A stretch of 64,000 nt of DNA from a bacterium (GTDB lineage: Bacteria; Zhuqueibacterota; Zhuqueibacteria; Residuimicrobiales; Krinioviventaceae), in assembly GCA_963674595.2 (NCBI GenBank), contig CAXXFV010000009.1:32001-96000 (forward strand), read 5' to 3'. The translations under genes and the position numbers were made by a program. Shown piece by piece: positions 1-11,150 of the stretch (position 1 is the first letter of the stretch; each line of letters starts with the position of its first letter). Under the pieces are notes generated by a model. It searched no databases. It saw only the letters and a list, made by a program, of their open reading frames with translations, and was not told the DNA's origin.

Positions 1-2500
1 GGATGCAAATGGCGTATCTATCCTGACAGCAGATCCATCAAGTCGATATGATGCGATGGGCGCTCGTTTAACTGGATGGGTCCCACCAGAAACAGGTGTA
101 TATTATGTTAAAGTGTGGGCATCACCTGACAAGATTGCCGAAGCCACAGATCCAAGTTACGGTATGCGTTTCTGGTACGGCACACCGGTAGCCGAAGCTG
201 CTGTTGTTCATGAACCGGATGATACGGTAGAAGAAGCCGCCTTATTGCCTGCAACGCCGACAGATGGTACCATGATTCGTGGTTATCTGTACAACAATTA
301 TGTTGAAGGTGACAGCATTGATACCAACTGGAATGACTTTGACTTGTACAAAGTTGAAGTACCTGAAGCCGGTATGGTTATGATAGCTGAAACATATACT
401 TCAGCCCGTTTATATGATCATCCTGAATGGATTCGTGATCTTGATACGGAAATTCGTTTGCTGCTTGAAGACGGCACTGAAACAGACATCAAGAACGATG
501 ATAAAGATGCCTGGGCCGGAGATCACTGGGAAGATGATTTACCAGGATGCAGCAATACCTATTCACGATTTGTATCACCTGGATTCCCTGCAGCCGGAAC
601 TTATTATGTACGAGTAAACTCTTATTACAATAGCATTATTCGCGAAAAGAATCCTGCAAACACGGATAGAGATCCGGGTGGCGGCGAATATATGTTCAAT
701 GTACGGGTTGTCCCGGCAGATCATCCAATGTTGGCTGCTCAATCATTACCGCTTAATGAACTCAAGAACAGTTCATTTACGGCAGCAGATACTTTGGATA
801 TTTGGTCAATTTATGCAGAAAATGACAAGATGTATACTTTAGCCACTGTAACAGATCCGAATGTATTCAGTGCTAAAACTACGATTAAAATGGATGTTAC
901 GGATGAAGATGGTGTCTCTATACTGACATCTGATCCATCAAGTCGATATGATGCGATGGGCGCCCGTTTAACAGGGTGGGTACCACCTGAAACAGGTGTC
1001 TATTATGTTAAAGTATGGGCCTCACCGGAAAAGCTTGCAGAGGTTGAAGACCCAAGTTACGGTATGCGTTTCTGGTACGGAACTCCTGTCTCTGTTGCAG
1101 CAGTACCACATGAACCGGATGATACGGTTGAAGAAGCCGCCTTATTGGATCCAACTCCGACAGATGGTACCATGATTCGTGGTTATCTCTACAATCACTA
1201 TGTTGAAGGTGACAGTATTGATACCAACTGGAATGACTTTGACTTGTATAAAGTTGTAGTACCTCAAGCCGGTATGATAATGACGGCTGAAACATTTACG
1301 TCAGCACGTTTGTATGATCATCCGGAATGGATTCGTGATCTTGATACGGAAATTCGTTTGCTGCTTGAAGACGGTACCGAAACAGACATCAAGAACGATG
1401 ATAAAGATGCCTGGGCCGGTGATCATTGGGAAAATGATTTACCAGGATGCAGCAATACCTATTCACGTTTTGTATCTCCTCCGTTCCCTGCAGCCGGAAC
1501 ATATTATGTACGAGTAAATTCATATTACAATAGCATTATTCGTGAAAAGAATCCTGCAAACACCGATAAAGATCCGGGTGGCGGTGAATATATGTTCTCC
1601 GTAACACTTACTCTCCCAGCGGAACAGGAACCGAATAATGATATAGCAGATGCAAACTTGATTCTGCTTGACACAGTTACCGATGCCGCATTGGCCCCGG
1701 AAGATTCTGTTGATTACTTTAAATTTATGGCAGATACCACACGAATGTATACATTAAATACAATCGGCGTTCGTGGTGTTAGTGCAAAATCCATCCTCAA
1801 AATGGACGTTCTGGATGAAACCGGAACCAGCATCTTAAATGCTGACCCTTCCAGTCGATACGATGGTTGGGGCGCCAGATTAACAGGATGGGTGCCGCCG
1901 GCTAATGGTGTGTATTATTGCAAGATCTCTGCAGATGTTTCAGCATTTACTGAAGAATTCCCATATCAGGTCAGATTATGGTATGGAACTCCTGTTTCTG
2001 TTGCAGCGGAAGTTCATGAACCGGATGATTCTGTAGCTGTTGCGCAGAATTTTGAAACAATTGATCTTACCGCAGAACCTTTTGAACTTCGTTCTTATCT
2101 CTATGCCCCGATGTGGGACAGCCTTGGTAACCGTCATAACTGGAACGATTTCGATCTTTACAAAATCCAGTTGACCGCCGGTGATACACTTGTAGCTGAA
2201 GTTTTCACACCAGGTCCTGACAGTTGTATCCGTGATTTGGATACTGAAATTTACCTGCTGTTGGAAGACGGTACCATTACAGATATCAAGAACGATGATA
2301 AGGATGCCTGGGAAGGTGATCCCTGGGAAGACTATTTAACAGGTGTAAGCAACACTTATTCACGGTTCGTTACTCCGCCTGTTCCTGCTGATGGTATCTA
2401 CTATGTGCAGGTTAACTCTTTCTACAACAGTCGTATTCGTGAAAGAAATCCATTGACAGATCATAAAGATCCAGGTGGTGGCGAGTATCTGATTAGATTG
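1..2500 (+). repeat. Intragenic tandem repeat, 900-bp period
   Basis: Bases 1-~700 align at an offset of exactly 900 with 901-~1600, with long identical runs. A more diverged third copy starts near 1813. Confidence 0.95.
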
Positions 2501-2827
2501 AACCTGCAAGATGGAGTTGGTGTTAACGGAAATTCTAATGTTCTACCAACTAAATTTGCACTTAACCAGAATTACCCGAATCCATTTAATCCGACAACAA
2601 CAATCAGTTATGCATTGCCCAAGCAAGAACATGTTAAATTGTATATTTATAACATGTTAGGTCAAAAGGTAACGGAACTGGTTAATAAATCACAGGTTGC
2701 TGGTAATTATTCAGTCGTCTGGGATGCTCGTGATATCAATGGATTGGCTGTTTCTTCTGGTGTTTACTTTTTCAGAATTGAAGCTGGTACATTTACAAGA
2801 ACAAACAAGATGATTTTACTAAAATAA
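1..2827 (+). CDS. Large secreted repeat protein (5' partial) with ~300-aa tandem units of PPC-like beta-sandwich domains and a C-terminal FlgD-Ig/T9SS-like sorting domain
   Basis: Frame is open from position 2. Units recur (HEPDD...NDFDLYK...DLDTEIxLL...NDD...GTYYVRVNSYY...GGGEY) and there is an EQEPNND motif. Ends ALNQNYPNPFNPTTTISY...SSGVYFFRI...KMILLK. Confidence 0.8.
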   Translation, partial: DANGVSILTADPSSRYDAMGARLTGWVPPETGVYYVKVWASPDKIAEATDPSYGMRFWYGTPVAEAAVVHEPDDTVEEAALLPATPTDGTMIRGYLYNNYVEGDSIDTNWNDFDLYKVEVPEAGMVMIAETYTSARLYDHPEWIRDLDTEIRLLLEDGTETDIKNDDKDAWAGDHWEDDLPGCSNTYSRFVSPGFPAAGTYYVRVNSYYNSIIREKNPANTDRDPGGGEYMFNVRVVPADHPMLAAQSLPLNELKNSSFTAADTLDIWSIYAENDKMYTLATVTDPNVFSAKTTIKMDVTDEDGVSILTSDPSSRYDAMGARLTGWVPPETGVYYVKVWASPEKLAEVEDPSYGMRFWYGTPVSVAAVPHEPDDTVEEAALLDPTPTDGTMIRGYLYNHYVEGDSIDTNWNDFDLYKVVVPQAGMIMTAETFTSARLYDHPEWIRDLDTEIRLLLEDGTETDIKNDDKDAWAGDHWENDLPGCSNTYSRFVSPPFPAAGTYYVRVNSYYNSIIREKNPANTDKDPGGGEYMFSVTLTLPAEQEPNNDIADANLILLDTVTDAALAPEDSVDYFKFMADTTRMYTLNTIGVRGVSAKSILKMDVLDETGTSILNADPSSRYDGWGARLTGWVPPANGVYYCKISADVSAFTEEFPYQVRLWYGTPVSVAAEVHEPDDSVAVAQNFETIDLTAEPFELRSYLYAPMWDSLGNRHNWNDFDLYKIQLTAGDTLVAEVFTPGPDSCIRDLDTEIYLLLEDGTITDIKNDDKDAWEGDPWEDYLTGVSNTYSRFVTPPVPADGIYYVQVNSFYNSRIRERNPLTDHKDPGGGEYLIRLNLQDGVGVNGNSNVLPTKFALNQNYPNPFNPTTTISYALPKQEHVKLYIYNMLGQKVTELVNKSQVAGNYSVVWDARDINGLAVSSGVYFFRIEAGTFTRTNKMILLK

Positions 2828-2854
2828 TTATCTAGTTTGCATTAACTTTACTTT

Positions 2855-2890
2855 GGAAGGGATTTGAAAATTTTTCAAATCCCTTCCTTT
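2855..2890 (+). terminator. Intrinsic terminator
   Basis: GGAAGGGATTTGAAAA-t-TTTTCAAATCCCTTCC inverted repeat followed by TTT, just after the stop codon. Confidence 0.8.
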
Positions 2891-3056
2891 AATATATCAA
2901 CTAAAATTTGATTTTATAAACAATGCAGTACGAATATTTAAAACTCGAAATTTGATTTTATAAATTTCCAATTTTAAATATTCGGTCCCTATACAATCCA
3001 ATTATTTTACTCCTTTTCCCTTAACTGATTTATTAAATACACGAGCGGAGATAAAG

Positions 3057-4859
3057 ATGAAACAGGTTATCGGTTTGATATTATTATGTGCTACTGTTTG
3101 TTTTGGACAAGAGTTTGCTGTTTATGAGAGTGTTGAGTATAGTCAGGTTGGTTTTAATCCTGCTCCGTTTGAAAAATGGGGAGCTGCTTTTGGTGATCTG
3201 GATAAAAACGGCTGGCCCGATATTTTTATTCTACGTTGGAAATCTCCTGGCCATAGCCAGGTTTACCTGAATCAAGATGGCGTGTTTACAGAAATTACAG
3301 ATAATACACCTCTTGAAGAAATTGAAACAGAAGAATTACAAACAGCTTCAGTAACATGTGTTGATTATGATAATGATGGTGATCAGGATATTTATTTTGG
3401 AACAGATCTACACATGCATTTATTACGCAACGACGGCAATTCTTTTGTTGATGTTGCAGCCGATGTCGGCCTAACGGCTGGTATGCCGGGTTTTGTTACA
3501 GAATATAAATTTCGTATCGGTATTTGGGCTGATTATGACCTGGATGGTGATCTTGATCTTGTTGTTGGACAACAGAACAATAAAAATGTGTTATTTTACA
3601 AAAATGAACAAGGTCAATTTACTGATGTGGCTGACCAGGTAGGTGTTGCAAATGCCGCTTATCAGCCAGGTGAATATGATTATCCTGAAGGAACCCGTGG
3701 TACCCGACATATGCAATGGGTTGATTACGACCTGGATGGTGATCCTGATTTAAATGTGGGCGGTTATCTCTATCGTAATGATGACGGATATTTTACAAAT
3801 GTATCAGAACAATTAGGCTTTTCCCCTACACAAATTCAAAATGCAGACTGGTTTGATTATGATAACGACGGCGATTTGGATTATTATAAAAATGTTGTCA
3901 GTCCCACTGCTGCTTCGACAAATGAATTGTGGGAAAATCGGGATGGGTCTTTTGTTGATGTTTCTCTGGAAACAGGAGTCGGTCTGAGAGACCGTTACCA
4001 GGGATTAAGTATTGGTGATTATGAAAATGATGGTGATCAGGACATTTTTATTCAGCTAAATACCTATACTGCTAAAGAGTTGTTGCTGCTAAATGATGAA
4101 ACAAGTCCTGGAGTACGGGCTTTTGCTGATATTGCCGAATTTATCGGCCTGGAGGTTACAGGCGACCGAAAGGGCGGTGGATTTTTAGATTATAACATGG
4201 ATGGATTTTTGGATATTTATATTCCATCAGCGGGACAATCTCATATACTTTATAAAAATTTAACCACAAGCAATAACTGGGTTGGTTGTATTCTGGAAGG
4301 AACAGAATCAAATAAAGATGCCATTGGAACATTGGTGAAAATTGTAACAGGTACAAAAACTCAAATTAGATATACAAAATCGCCAACTGGTTGGCTGTCC
4401 CAGGATAACCCGTTTGTTCACTTTGGTGTTGGTACCGCAACTGTCATAGATTCTTTAATTATTCGATGGCCATTGGGTAAAACTGAAGTTTATACCAATG
4501 TGGATATTAATCAATATCACAAGTTTAAAGAAGGAACAAATGTTGCCGTCGAATCCGATGATTCAAAAACTGTTATTCCGGAAAAGTTTAAATTATCTCA
4601 AAATTATCCAAACCCTTTTAACCCCACTACAACATTAACTTATTCTCTGCCTGAAACTGAATATGTAAAATTGAATATTTATAATATGAACGGTCAAATT
4701 ATATCTGAATTGGTTAATGAAATTCAAACACCCGGAACATATTTTCTAAATTGGGATGCAACTGACAAACAAGGGAAAAGTGTTTCTGCAGGTGTTTATT
4801 TTTATAAAATTGAAACAGAAACTTTTTCTGATGTTAAGAAAATGGTACTCGTCAAATAA
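3057..4859 (+). CDS. FG-GAP repeat/ASPIC-UnbV (CRTAC1-like) secreted protein with sorting domain
   Basis: Signal peptide, repeated DYDNDGDxD motifs, UnbV-like GTESNKDAIG...VHFGVG...IRWPLG, and an NYPNPFNP C-terminus. Confidence 0.9.
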   Translation: MKQVIGLILLCATVCFGQEFAVYESVEYSQVGFNPAPFEKWGAAFGDLDKNGWPDIFILRWKSPGHSQVYLNQDGVFTEITDNTPLEEIETEELQTASVTCVDYDNDGDQDIYFGTDLHMHLLRNDGNSFVDVAADVGLTAGMPGFVTEYKFRIGIWADYDLDGDLDLVVGQQNNKNVLFYKNEQGQFTDVADQVGVANAAYQPGEYDYPEGTRGTRHMQWVDYDLDGDPDLNVGGYLYRNDDGYFTNVSEQLGFSPTQIQNADWFDYDNDGDLDYYKNVVSPTAASTNELWENRDGSFVDVSLETGVGLRDRYQGLSIGDYENDGDQDIFIQLNTYTAKELLLLNDETSPGVRAFADIAEFIGLEVTGDRKGGGFLDYNMDGFLDIYIPSAGQSHILYKNLTTSNNWVGCILEGTESNKDAIGTLVKIVTGTKTQIRYTKSPTGWLSQDNPFVHFGVGTATVIDSLIIRWPLGKTEVYTNVDINQYHKFKEGTNVAVESDDSKTVIPEKFKLSQNYPNPFNPTTTLTYSLPETEYVKLNIYNMNGQIISELVNEIQTPGTYFLNWDATDKQGKSVSAGVYFYKIETETFSDVKKMVLVK

Positions 4860-5178
4860 TGTTAACAAATGCTGCGGCGTTATTAATTATATAAAATATA
4901 TCCAGCATCAAAAATCAATTGTGATAAATGAAAAACAGATAAATTTTGTAATATTAAGCGCATTCCTGACAGGGGGGAAGATTTTTTTGATCGCCAAAGG
5001 GTACATTCTTATATCGGAATCACAAATTATACAAAGCCGGAAAATTCTGTACATATCGCCCGTATTTTTTCAACTTTGTGATATGTATCTACAAAACAGG
5101 ATTATAATGTCTTGAACTGTTTTTGGTTTTACCAATTTTGTTTTTATTATTTATTAAAAATCCATAAAAAGGAGAAAA

Positions 5179-7296
5179 TTGTTTATGCACATTTTGGGTC
5201 TTCACATTCTTGATGCTATTTTAATAATAGTATATTTTGTTGCATTAATATTAATAGGTCTGGTCGTTTCAAGACGTATTAAAAATCAGGAAGATTTTTT
5301 AATGGGTGGACGAAAAATCGGCACACTGCTCCAGACATTTATGAATTTTGGAATGGCGACAGGATCTGATGTTCCTGTGGGGGCCTCCCGTGAGACATTT
5401 CGTCAGGGTATGGCTGGTATCTGGGTGCACTTGTTTTCTCTTTTTGCCACACCGTTTTATTGGATTACAACTGTATGGCAACGGAGACTTCGAATTAGTT
5501 CTATGGCGGAGGTGTTTAGACTGCGTTACGAAAGCCGCCCAATGGAAACATTATACGCTGTAATCGGTATTTTTTATTTGATTGCAAATATGAGCCTGGC
5601 TATGGTAACGTTGCAAAAAACAGTGCAAATTGTTATGCCAAAAGAAGAGGCTCATCTTACAACGGAAGAGCGGCAATATATTCAAAATTTTGAAAGAATG
5701 GAAGAATTGAAATCCGTTTTGCAGGATAGAGATTTTACAGATGTTGAAAAATTAGAATATGAAAAACTGGTTGCTCAAAAAAGTGAGGGAAAAGTACAAT
5801 CAAGTGTTTCGGTTATTAATCCAACCATCTTTTTACTTGTATTGTCTGTTATTTTATTGTTTTATACGGTAGCCGGAGGAATTATTGCTGCTGCAATTAC
5901 CGATGCTTTTCAGGGAATTCTCCTAATTGTTTTATCTATATTACTTTTACCGTTCGGGTTAATTAAGATAGGGGGATTTTCCGGTCTGCATGAGATTGTC
6001 CCTGCGTCATTTTTTAATCTGTTTGGAACACTTGCAACCAGCGAATACCCCTGGTATTATGTCGCTGCACTTGTCTGTGTTGGATTAATTGTTTACGAGT
6101 CTGCACCCCAAAATCCTCAGGTAATGGGAAGCGGCAAAGATGAAGAAGCCTCGCGGCTGGGCCGTATCAACGGTAATATGATAAAAAGACTTACCGTAAT
6201 TTTATGGGGTTTTACCGGTGTTATGGGCTATGCTTTATATCGTAACCATATTTCTGATCCGGATATGTTGTGGGGATATATGTCAAGACAACTTTTAGGA
6301 CCGGGATTGATCGGATTAATGGTTATTTGTTTGTTGGCCGCTTTGCAGTCTACAGCCTCTGCTCTTTTGGTTTCTGCCAGTGCTATTTTTACCACAAACA
6401 TTTATCAACCCCTGTTTCCAAATAGAACTGAAAAAGAATATATTCTGGTTAGCCGAATTACCACTGTTGTTGTGCTTTTGGCCGGTGTTTTTATTACGCT
6501 GTATTTTCAGGATTTTTTAAGGGTCTTTAAATTGATGTTGTCTATCGGTCTTGTTTTTGGTCCCCCGTTTTGGATTGCTATAATGTGGCGTAAAGCAACT
6601 CCAAAAGCTATTTGGGTTGCCATTATTTACAGCGCACTGTTTACTGTTTTGTTGGGTAATTTTGGGCCGGATATTAAACCTATTGCCGGGTCCCAATATT
6701 TTTGCCAGACAACTTATGAAAAAAATATTACTGTTACAGCAGGAGCAACGCAGGAAGATGTCGATAAAGGACGGGCTGATGAGGTCGGTCAGGTTATTCA
6801 AAAGGAGACAAGAGTACAACCCCGTGGCGTTTATTTTGAGCATATTGTAAGGGAATATGCCAGTGATCCGAATTCACCTCTTGTCGGTAAAGGCCGTTTT
6901 CGGGCCAGTTTGATGTTGCCGAGCCTGTTGGGAATTGATTTGAAAAATATGGGAATAGGTGATTTAAATGCACTCGGTTTTTATCTGGATATACTTATTC
7001 CTTTTCTTATTATTATTTTGATTTCATTTTTTACCCGTAGAAATAACAAAGCTGTTCTGGACCAGTTTTATGGCCGCTTGCATACACCTGTTATTGGAAC
7101 ACCCGAAGACGATGCACGGGAAATGGAATTGACCCGCAAAAATCCAACACGTTTTAAAGATCAAAAGTTGTTTCCAAACAGTGATTTTGAGCTTTTAAAA
7201 CCGACAAAACGGGATATTTCAGGATTCATTGCCATCTGGGGAATTGTATTATTGGTTATTGTATTTTTATATCTTTTAACAAAAATTGGCGCTTAG
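5179..7296 (+). CDS. Sodium:solute symporter (SSS family)
   Basis: EDFLMGGRK, YTVAGGIIAAAITDAFQG and LAALQST motifs with many TM helices. Start could be the ATG at 5185. Confidence 0.9.
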   Translation: MFMHILGLHILDAILIIVYFVALILIGLVVSRRIKNQEDFLMGGRKIGTLLQTFMNFGMATGSDVPVGASRETFRQGMAGIWVHLFSLFATPFYWITTVWQRRLRISSMAEVFRLRYESRPMETLYAVIGIFYLIANMSLAMVTLQKTVQIVMPKEEAHLTTEERQYIQNFERMEELKSVLQDRDFTDVEKLEYEKLVAQKSEGKVQSSVSVINPTIFLLVLSVILLFYTVAGGIIAAAITDAFQGILLIVLSILLLPFGLIKIGGFSGLHEIVPASFFNLFGTLATSEYPWYYVAALVCVGLIVYESAPQNPQVMGSGKDEEASRLGRINGNMIKRLTVILWGFTGVMGYALYRNHISDPDMLWGYMSRQLLGPGLIGLMVICLLAALQSTASALLVSASAIFTTNIYQPLFPNRTEKEYILVSRITTVVVLLAGVFITLYFQDFLRVFKLMLSIGLVFGPPFWIAIMWRKATPKAIWVAIIYSALFTVLLGNFGPDIKPIAGSQYFCQTTYEKNITVTAGATQEDVDKGRADEVGQVIQKETRVQPRGVYFEHIVREYASDPNSPLVGKGRFRASLMLPSLLGIDLKNMGIGDLNALGFYLDILIPFLIIILISFFTRRNNKAVLDQFYGRLHTPVIGTPEDDAREMELTRKNPTRFKDQKLFPNSDFELLKPTKRDISGFIAIWGIVLLVIVFLYLLTKIGA

Positions 7297-7311
7297 AAGG
7301 AGATTTTTATA

Positions 7312-9084
7312 ATGAACTGTGAACCACTGCTTATCATTAACGTAGATAACAGAAAAACAAAAAGTTTGAATGGAAAATGGCAGACTATAATAGATTTATA
7401 TGATACGGGTTACTTTGATTCACATATGGCGATTGAAGAAAATGGGTTTTTTAAAAACGAAAAACCAACAAGCAAAAGCGACCGTATAGAATACGAGTTT
7501 TTACCCGCCAACAATCTGCTTGTGCCCGGTGACTGGAACACACAGCAGGAAAAATTATACTATTATGAAAGTACAATCTGGTATAAAAAAGATTTCGACT
7601 ATGATTTACCAAAGGATAAAAGGCTGTTTGTTTATATTGGCGCAGCCAACTATATAACCAATGTATATTGTAACGGTGTTAAACTGGGTGACCATGAGGG
7701 TGGTTTTACTCCTTTTAATTTTGAAATAACTGATCTTGTTAAAAAAGGCGAAAACAATATCATTACCAGGGTAAATGCTGCCCGAAGCAATGATGCCGTT
7801 CCAATGGGTATGACGGATTGGTTTAATTATGGCGGTATGACGCGTCGGGTTATGCTCGTTGAAGTGCCCACCACATTTATAAGCGACTATTTTATCCAGC
7901 TTGAAAAAGGCTCCCTGAATAAAATTGCCGGATGGATACAGCTTGACGGCAAACAAACTCAACAAAAAGTGACGGTCACCATTCCGGAAGCCGGTATTGA
8001 ACAAACCGTAACAACAAATGCAGATGGTTTTGCAAAAATAGAATTTGATGCTGATTTGGAGTTATGGAGTCCTGAAAATCCAAAATTATACACGGTTGTT
8101 ATAACGTCAGAAACCGATAAAGTTGAAGACCAGATCGGGTTCCGTTCTATTGAAACAAGAGGACAGGATATTTTATTAAACGGCAAATCCATATTCTTGA
8201 GAGGCATTTGTCTGCATGAAGAAAGTCCTTTTCCAAACATGGGACGTGCCAGCCGCAAGGATGAAGCTGAAATAATGTTGGGATGGGCCAAAGAACTCAA
8301 TTGTAATTACGTTCGTCTGGCGCATTATACCCATAATGAATACATGACCCGCACCGCCGACAAGCTTGGTTTAATGGTATGGGCGGAAATCCCTGTTTAC
8401 TGGAACATGAATTGGAAAAACCAGCATACACGGGATGTTGCAAAAACCCAGTTGTATGAAATGATCCAGCGTGATAAAAATAAATCATCGGTCGTTTTAT
8501 GGTCCATTTCCAATGAAACACCACTAAGTCTGAAAGAGCGGGATGATTTTCTTTTGGAACTGTTGCAGATTGGTCGAAAACTGGACCCGACGCGGTTGTT
8601 TACGGCTGCCTTGCATACGGCACATCCCACGGTTTTTACCACAACCCAGAAATATTTTAAAATGGAAGACACCATGGGTGAACATTTGGATGTTGTGGCC
8701 TTTAACCGATATATCGGCTGGTATGATTCATTACCCGATTTTTGTGATGAAATTACATGGGACACAGTTTACAAAGATAAACCTCATATTGTCAGCGAGT
8801 TCGGCGCAGGCGGTCTGGCTGGTCATTACGGTGATAAACTGACTCGCTGGACAGAAGATTTTCAAGAGTATTCCTATGAAAAACAGCTTGCCATGTATAA
8901 AAAAGTGCCGTTTTTAAGAGGTCTTTCTCCCTGGATTTTAAAAGATTTTCGTACACCGAAAAGGTTGCTGCCGGGTATTCAGGACGACTGGAACCTGAAA
9001 GGCGTGGTTTCTTATCACGGTGAAAAGAAAAAATCTTTTTATGTGTTGCAGCGCTTTTATAAAGAGCTGATGCAGGAAAGGTAA
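7312..9084 (+). CDS. GH2 beta-glucuronidase-like hydrolase
   Basis: HEGGFTPF, RLAHY, WSISNE (acid/base), SEFG (nucleophile) and the NxKG motif (NLKG) typical of glucuronidases. No signal peptide. Confidence 0.88.
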   Translation: MNCEPLLIINVDNRKTKSLNGKWQTIIDLYDTGYFDSHMAIEENGFFKNEKPTSKSDRIEYEFLPANNLLVPGDWNTQQEKLYYYESTIWYKKDFDYDLPKDKRLFVYIGAANYITNVYCNGVKLGDHEGGFTPFNFEITDLVKKGENNIITRVNAARSNDAVPMGMTDWFNYGGMTRRVMLVEVPTTFISDYFIQLEKGSLNKIAGWIQLDGKQTQQKVTVTIPEAGIEQTVTTNADGFAKIEFDADLELWSPENPKLYTVVITSETDKVEDQIGFRSIETRGQDILLNGKSIFLRGICLHEESPFPNMGRASRKDEAEIMLGWAKELNCNYVRLAHYTHNEYMTRTADKLGLMVWAEIPVYWNMNWKNQHTRDVAKTQLYEMIQRDKNKSSVVLWSISNETPLSLKERDDFLLELLQIGRKLDPTRLFTAALHTAHPTVFTTTQKYFKMEDTMGEHLDVVAFNRYIGWYDSLPDFCDEITWDTVYKDKPHIVSEFGAGGLAGHYGDKLTRWTEDFQEYSYEKQLAMYKKVPFLRGLSPWILKDFRTPKRLLPGIQDDWNLKGVVSYHGEKKKSFYVLQRFYKELMQER

Positions 9085-9135
9085 TGACCTTTACATATTA
9101 TAAAAGTATTTGTTGAATAAAAAAGATAATTATCT

Positions 9136-11064
9136 ATGTCAGATCAAATGAAAATTGTGTTTTTCTTTACTGTATACAACCTTTTCACGCTTTTAAATGT
9201 TGTAACAGCAAAGGAAAGATTAATTTACTGGACAGACACACAGGATAAAAAGATATATTGCGGAGATGCTGACGGCGGTCAATATGAAAAAGTGCTTTCT
9301 TCCCGTGATGTAACGTTGTTAACCGCAGCCCAGGGATATATTTATTATTATGAAGAGAACGCCATCCGGCGTGAGAATATGGAGACACGAAAGGTTGAAA
9401 CGTTGATTTCCGAAACAAGCCGGGCAAGCAGTATGGTTATTGACACGCTTCACAGCACAATGTATTGGAGCGCTGATAGCGGCAAGATTTGGCGGGCTGA
9501 TATAACCGGTTCAAACAAACAGGAGTTTATTTGTGGACTGACCCGGCCCAACAATCTGGCCTTGGATCTGGTTTATGAAAATCTCTATTGGATGAATGAC
9601 ACGCGTGATACACTCTTTTGCGCTGGTCTGGATGGGGAAAAAATAAAATCAGTCATAGAACATACTGAAAAGATAATTGATTATGTTGTAGATGGAAGAG
9701 ATCGTCGAATTTATTTTTTAGATGATAACGGTCGTGTTCTCAAGAGTGTAAATCTGGACGGGAATGAAGAAGAGATTGTGTATGTCTTTGATAATATAAA
9801 TCCTCAAATGGAGATTCAATTAGATCATAATAACCAAAAGATTTATTTAACCGATTGGTGTGGGATATGGAGCATGAACACCGATGGAACTGAATTTATA
9901 GAACTGGTTAGCGGTTTTATTTATGGTGTTCAAAATCTAAGTCTGGATTTGTCAAAGGGAGAGATGTACTGGTTTTATCTTTATTGGTCTATGACGATTT
10001 ATCGTTCCCATTTGGATGGTCGAAATGTCGAACCACTGATTGTTAATTATGAATATCCTGTTTGTATTGCTCTTGACCCTGAAAGTGAAAAGATATACTG
10101 GGCAAATTCTTATGCCAATATTTACAAATGTAATACAGACGGTTCCAATGTTGAGTTTCTTACAAACGAGATTTATCCGAATGCTTCATTAAATGATATT
10201 GCTTTGGATGTTGTAAATGAAAAGATGTATTGGGCTAGGCAATCAGAGGGCATAACTGTTGGTTTTGCTAATCTAGATGGCAGCCGGGTTGAATACCCTT
10301 ATTACATACATGGATTTGCGTATGGAGTTGCAGTTGACCCTTTTGATGGAACATTATATTGGAGTAATTCACTTAATACGGTTCTAGGTGCCAATTTGAA
10401 TAACAGCAGTAATGATGTTGAAAAAATTATAAAGTCTTCAGGACAACCGGACGATATTGCTCTTGATTTAAAACATAAAAAGATATATTGGACTGAAAGG
10501 GCTGTAGATTTTAGAGGTGTTAAACGCGCCAATTTAGACGGCAGTGATATTCAGGATGTTGTTACCAGTCTTGAATGGCCCTCCGGTATTGCCCTGGATG
10601 TTGACGGCGGTAAAGTATACTGGATTGAACATCAAGCCGGTAAAATCAATCGGGCAAACCTTGACGGAACAGACATAGAAGAACTGTATACCGGTTTGTC
10701 TTATCCCTATCGACTGGCCTTGTCCTTTGAAAATAACGGTTCGACCGGTGTTGAGAAAAAAGACGATGATCCGAATTTAATACCGCAGGAATTTGAACTT
10801 TCTCAAAATTACCCCAATCCCTTTAATTCGCAAACCGTGCTAAAATATGCCTTACCGGAAGCCTGTCACGTAAGCTTAAAAATATACAACATGCTGGGAG
10901 AAGAGGTGCGTGTTTTGGCGAACGGAACGCAGGGAGAAGGTTATAAATCAGTTGTATGGGATGGCCGGGACAAAAGCGGCGAACTGGTATCCAGCGGCGC
11001 TTATATTTGCAAACTCATCGCAGGCACGTTTACCCGGTCCAGTACAATGATGTTTATCAAGTAA
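9136..11064 (+). CDS. Secreted YWTD (LDL-receptor class B-like) beta-propeller protein A with sorting domain
   Basis: Repeated IALD..KIYW.. and RANLDG motifs, signal peptide, NYPNPFN C-terminus. Confidence 0.85.
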   Translation: MSDQMKIVFFFTVYNLFTLLNVVTAKERLIYWTDTQDKKIYCGDADGGQYEKVLSSRDVTLLTAAQGYIYYYEENAIRRENMETRKVETLISETSRASSMVIDTLHSTMYWSADSGKIWRADITGSNKQEFICGLTRPNNLALDLVYENLYWMNDTRDTLFCAGLDGEKIKSVIEHTEKIIDYVVDGRDRRIYFLDDNGRVLKSVNLDGNEEEIVYVFDNINPQMEIQLDHNNQKIYLTDWCGIWSMNTDGTEFIELVSGFIYGVQNLSLDLSKGEMYWFYLYWSMTIYRSHLDGRNVEPLIVNYEYPVCIALDPESEKIYWANSYANIYKCNTDGSNVEFLTNEIYPNASLNDIALDVVNEKMYWARQSEGITVGFANLDGSRVEYPYYIHGFAYGVAVDPFDGTLYWSNSLNTVLGANLNNSSNDVEKIIKSSGQPDDIALDLKHKKIYWTERAVDFRGVKRANLDGSDIQDVVTSLEWPSGIALDVDGGKVYWIEHQAGKINRANLDGTDIEELYTGLSYPYRLALSFENNGSTGVEKKDDDPNLIPQEFELSQNYPNPFNSQTVLKYALPEACHVSLKIYNMLGEEVRVLANGTQGEGYKSVVWDGRDKSGELVSSGAYICKLIAGTFTRSSTMMFIK

Positions 11065-11114
11065 GTTGTTAGTGATATAAAAGTAGAAGTATTTTGAATT
11101 AAAAGTTAATCAAA

Positions 11115-11150
11115 CCTGTCATCATTCGGTTATAACTGTTTGATGACAGG
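11115..11150. other. Intergenic stem-loop between the YWTD paralogues
   Basis: CCTGTCATCA (11115-11124) pairs with TGATGACAGG (11141-11150). No U-tract, so its function is unclear. Confidence 0.6.

Noticed and set aside
414-1517. Duplicated 67-aa ORFs at 414..617 and 1314..1517
   Set aside because: These are shadow frames of the 900-bp repeat in the main gene.
4756-5115. 119-aa ORF overlapping the end of the ASPIC gene
   Set aside because: It overlaps a real gene out of frame, has no RBS or recognisable motif, and runs through AT-rich intergenic DNA.
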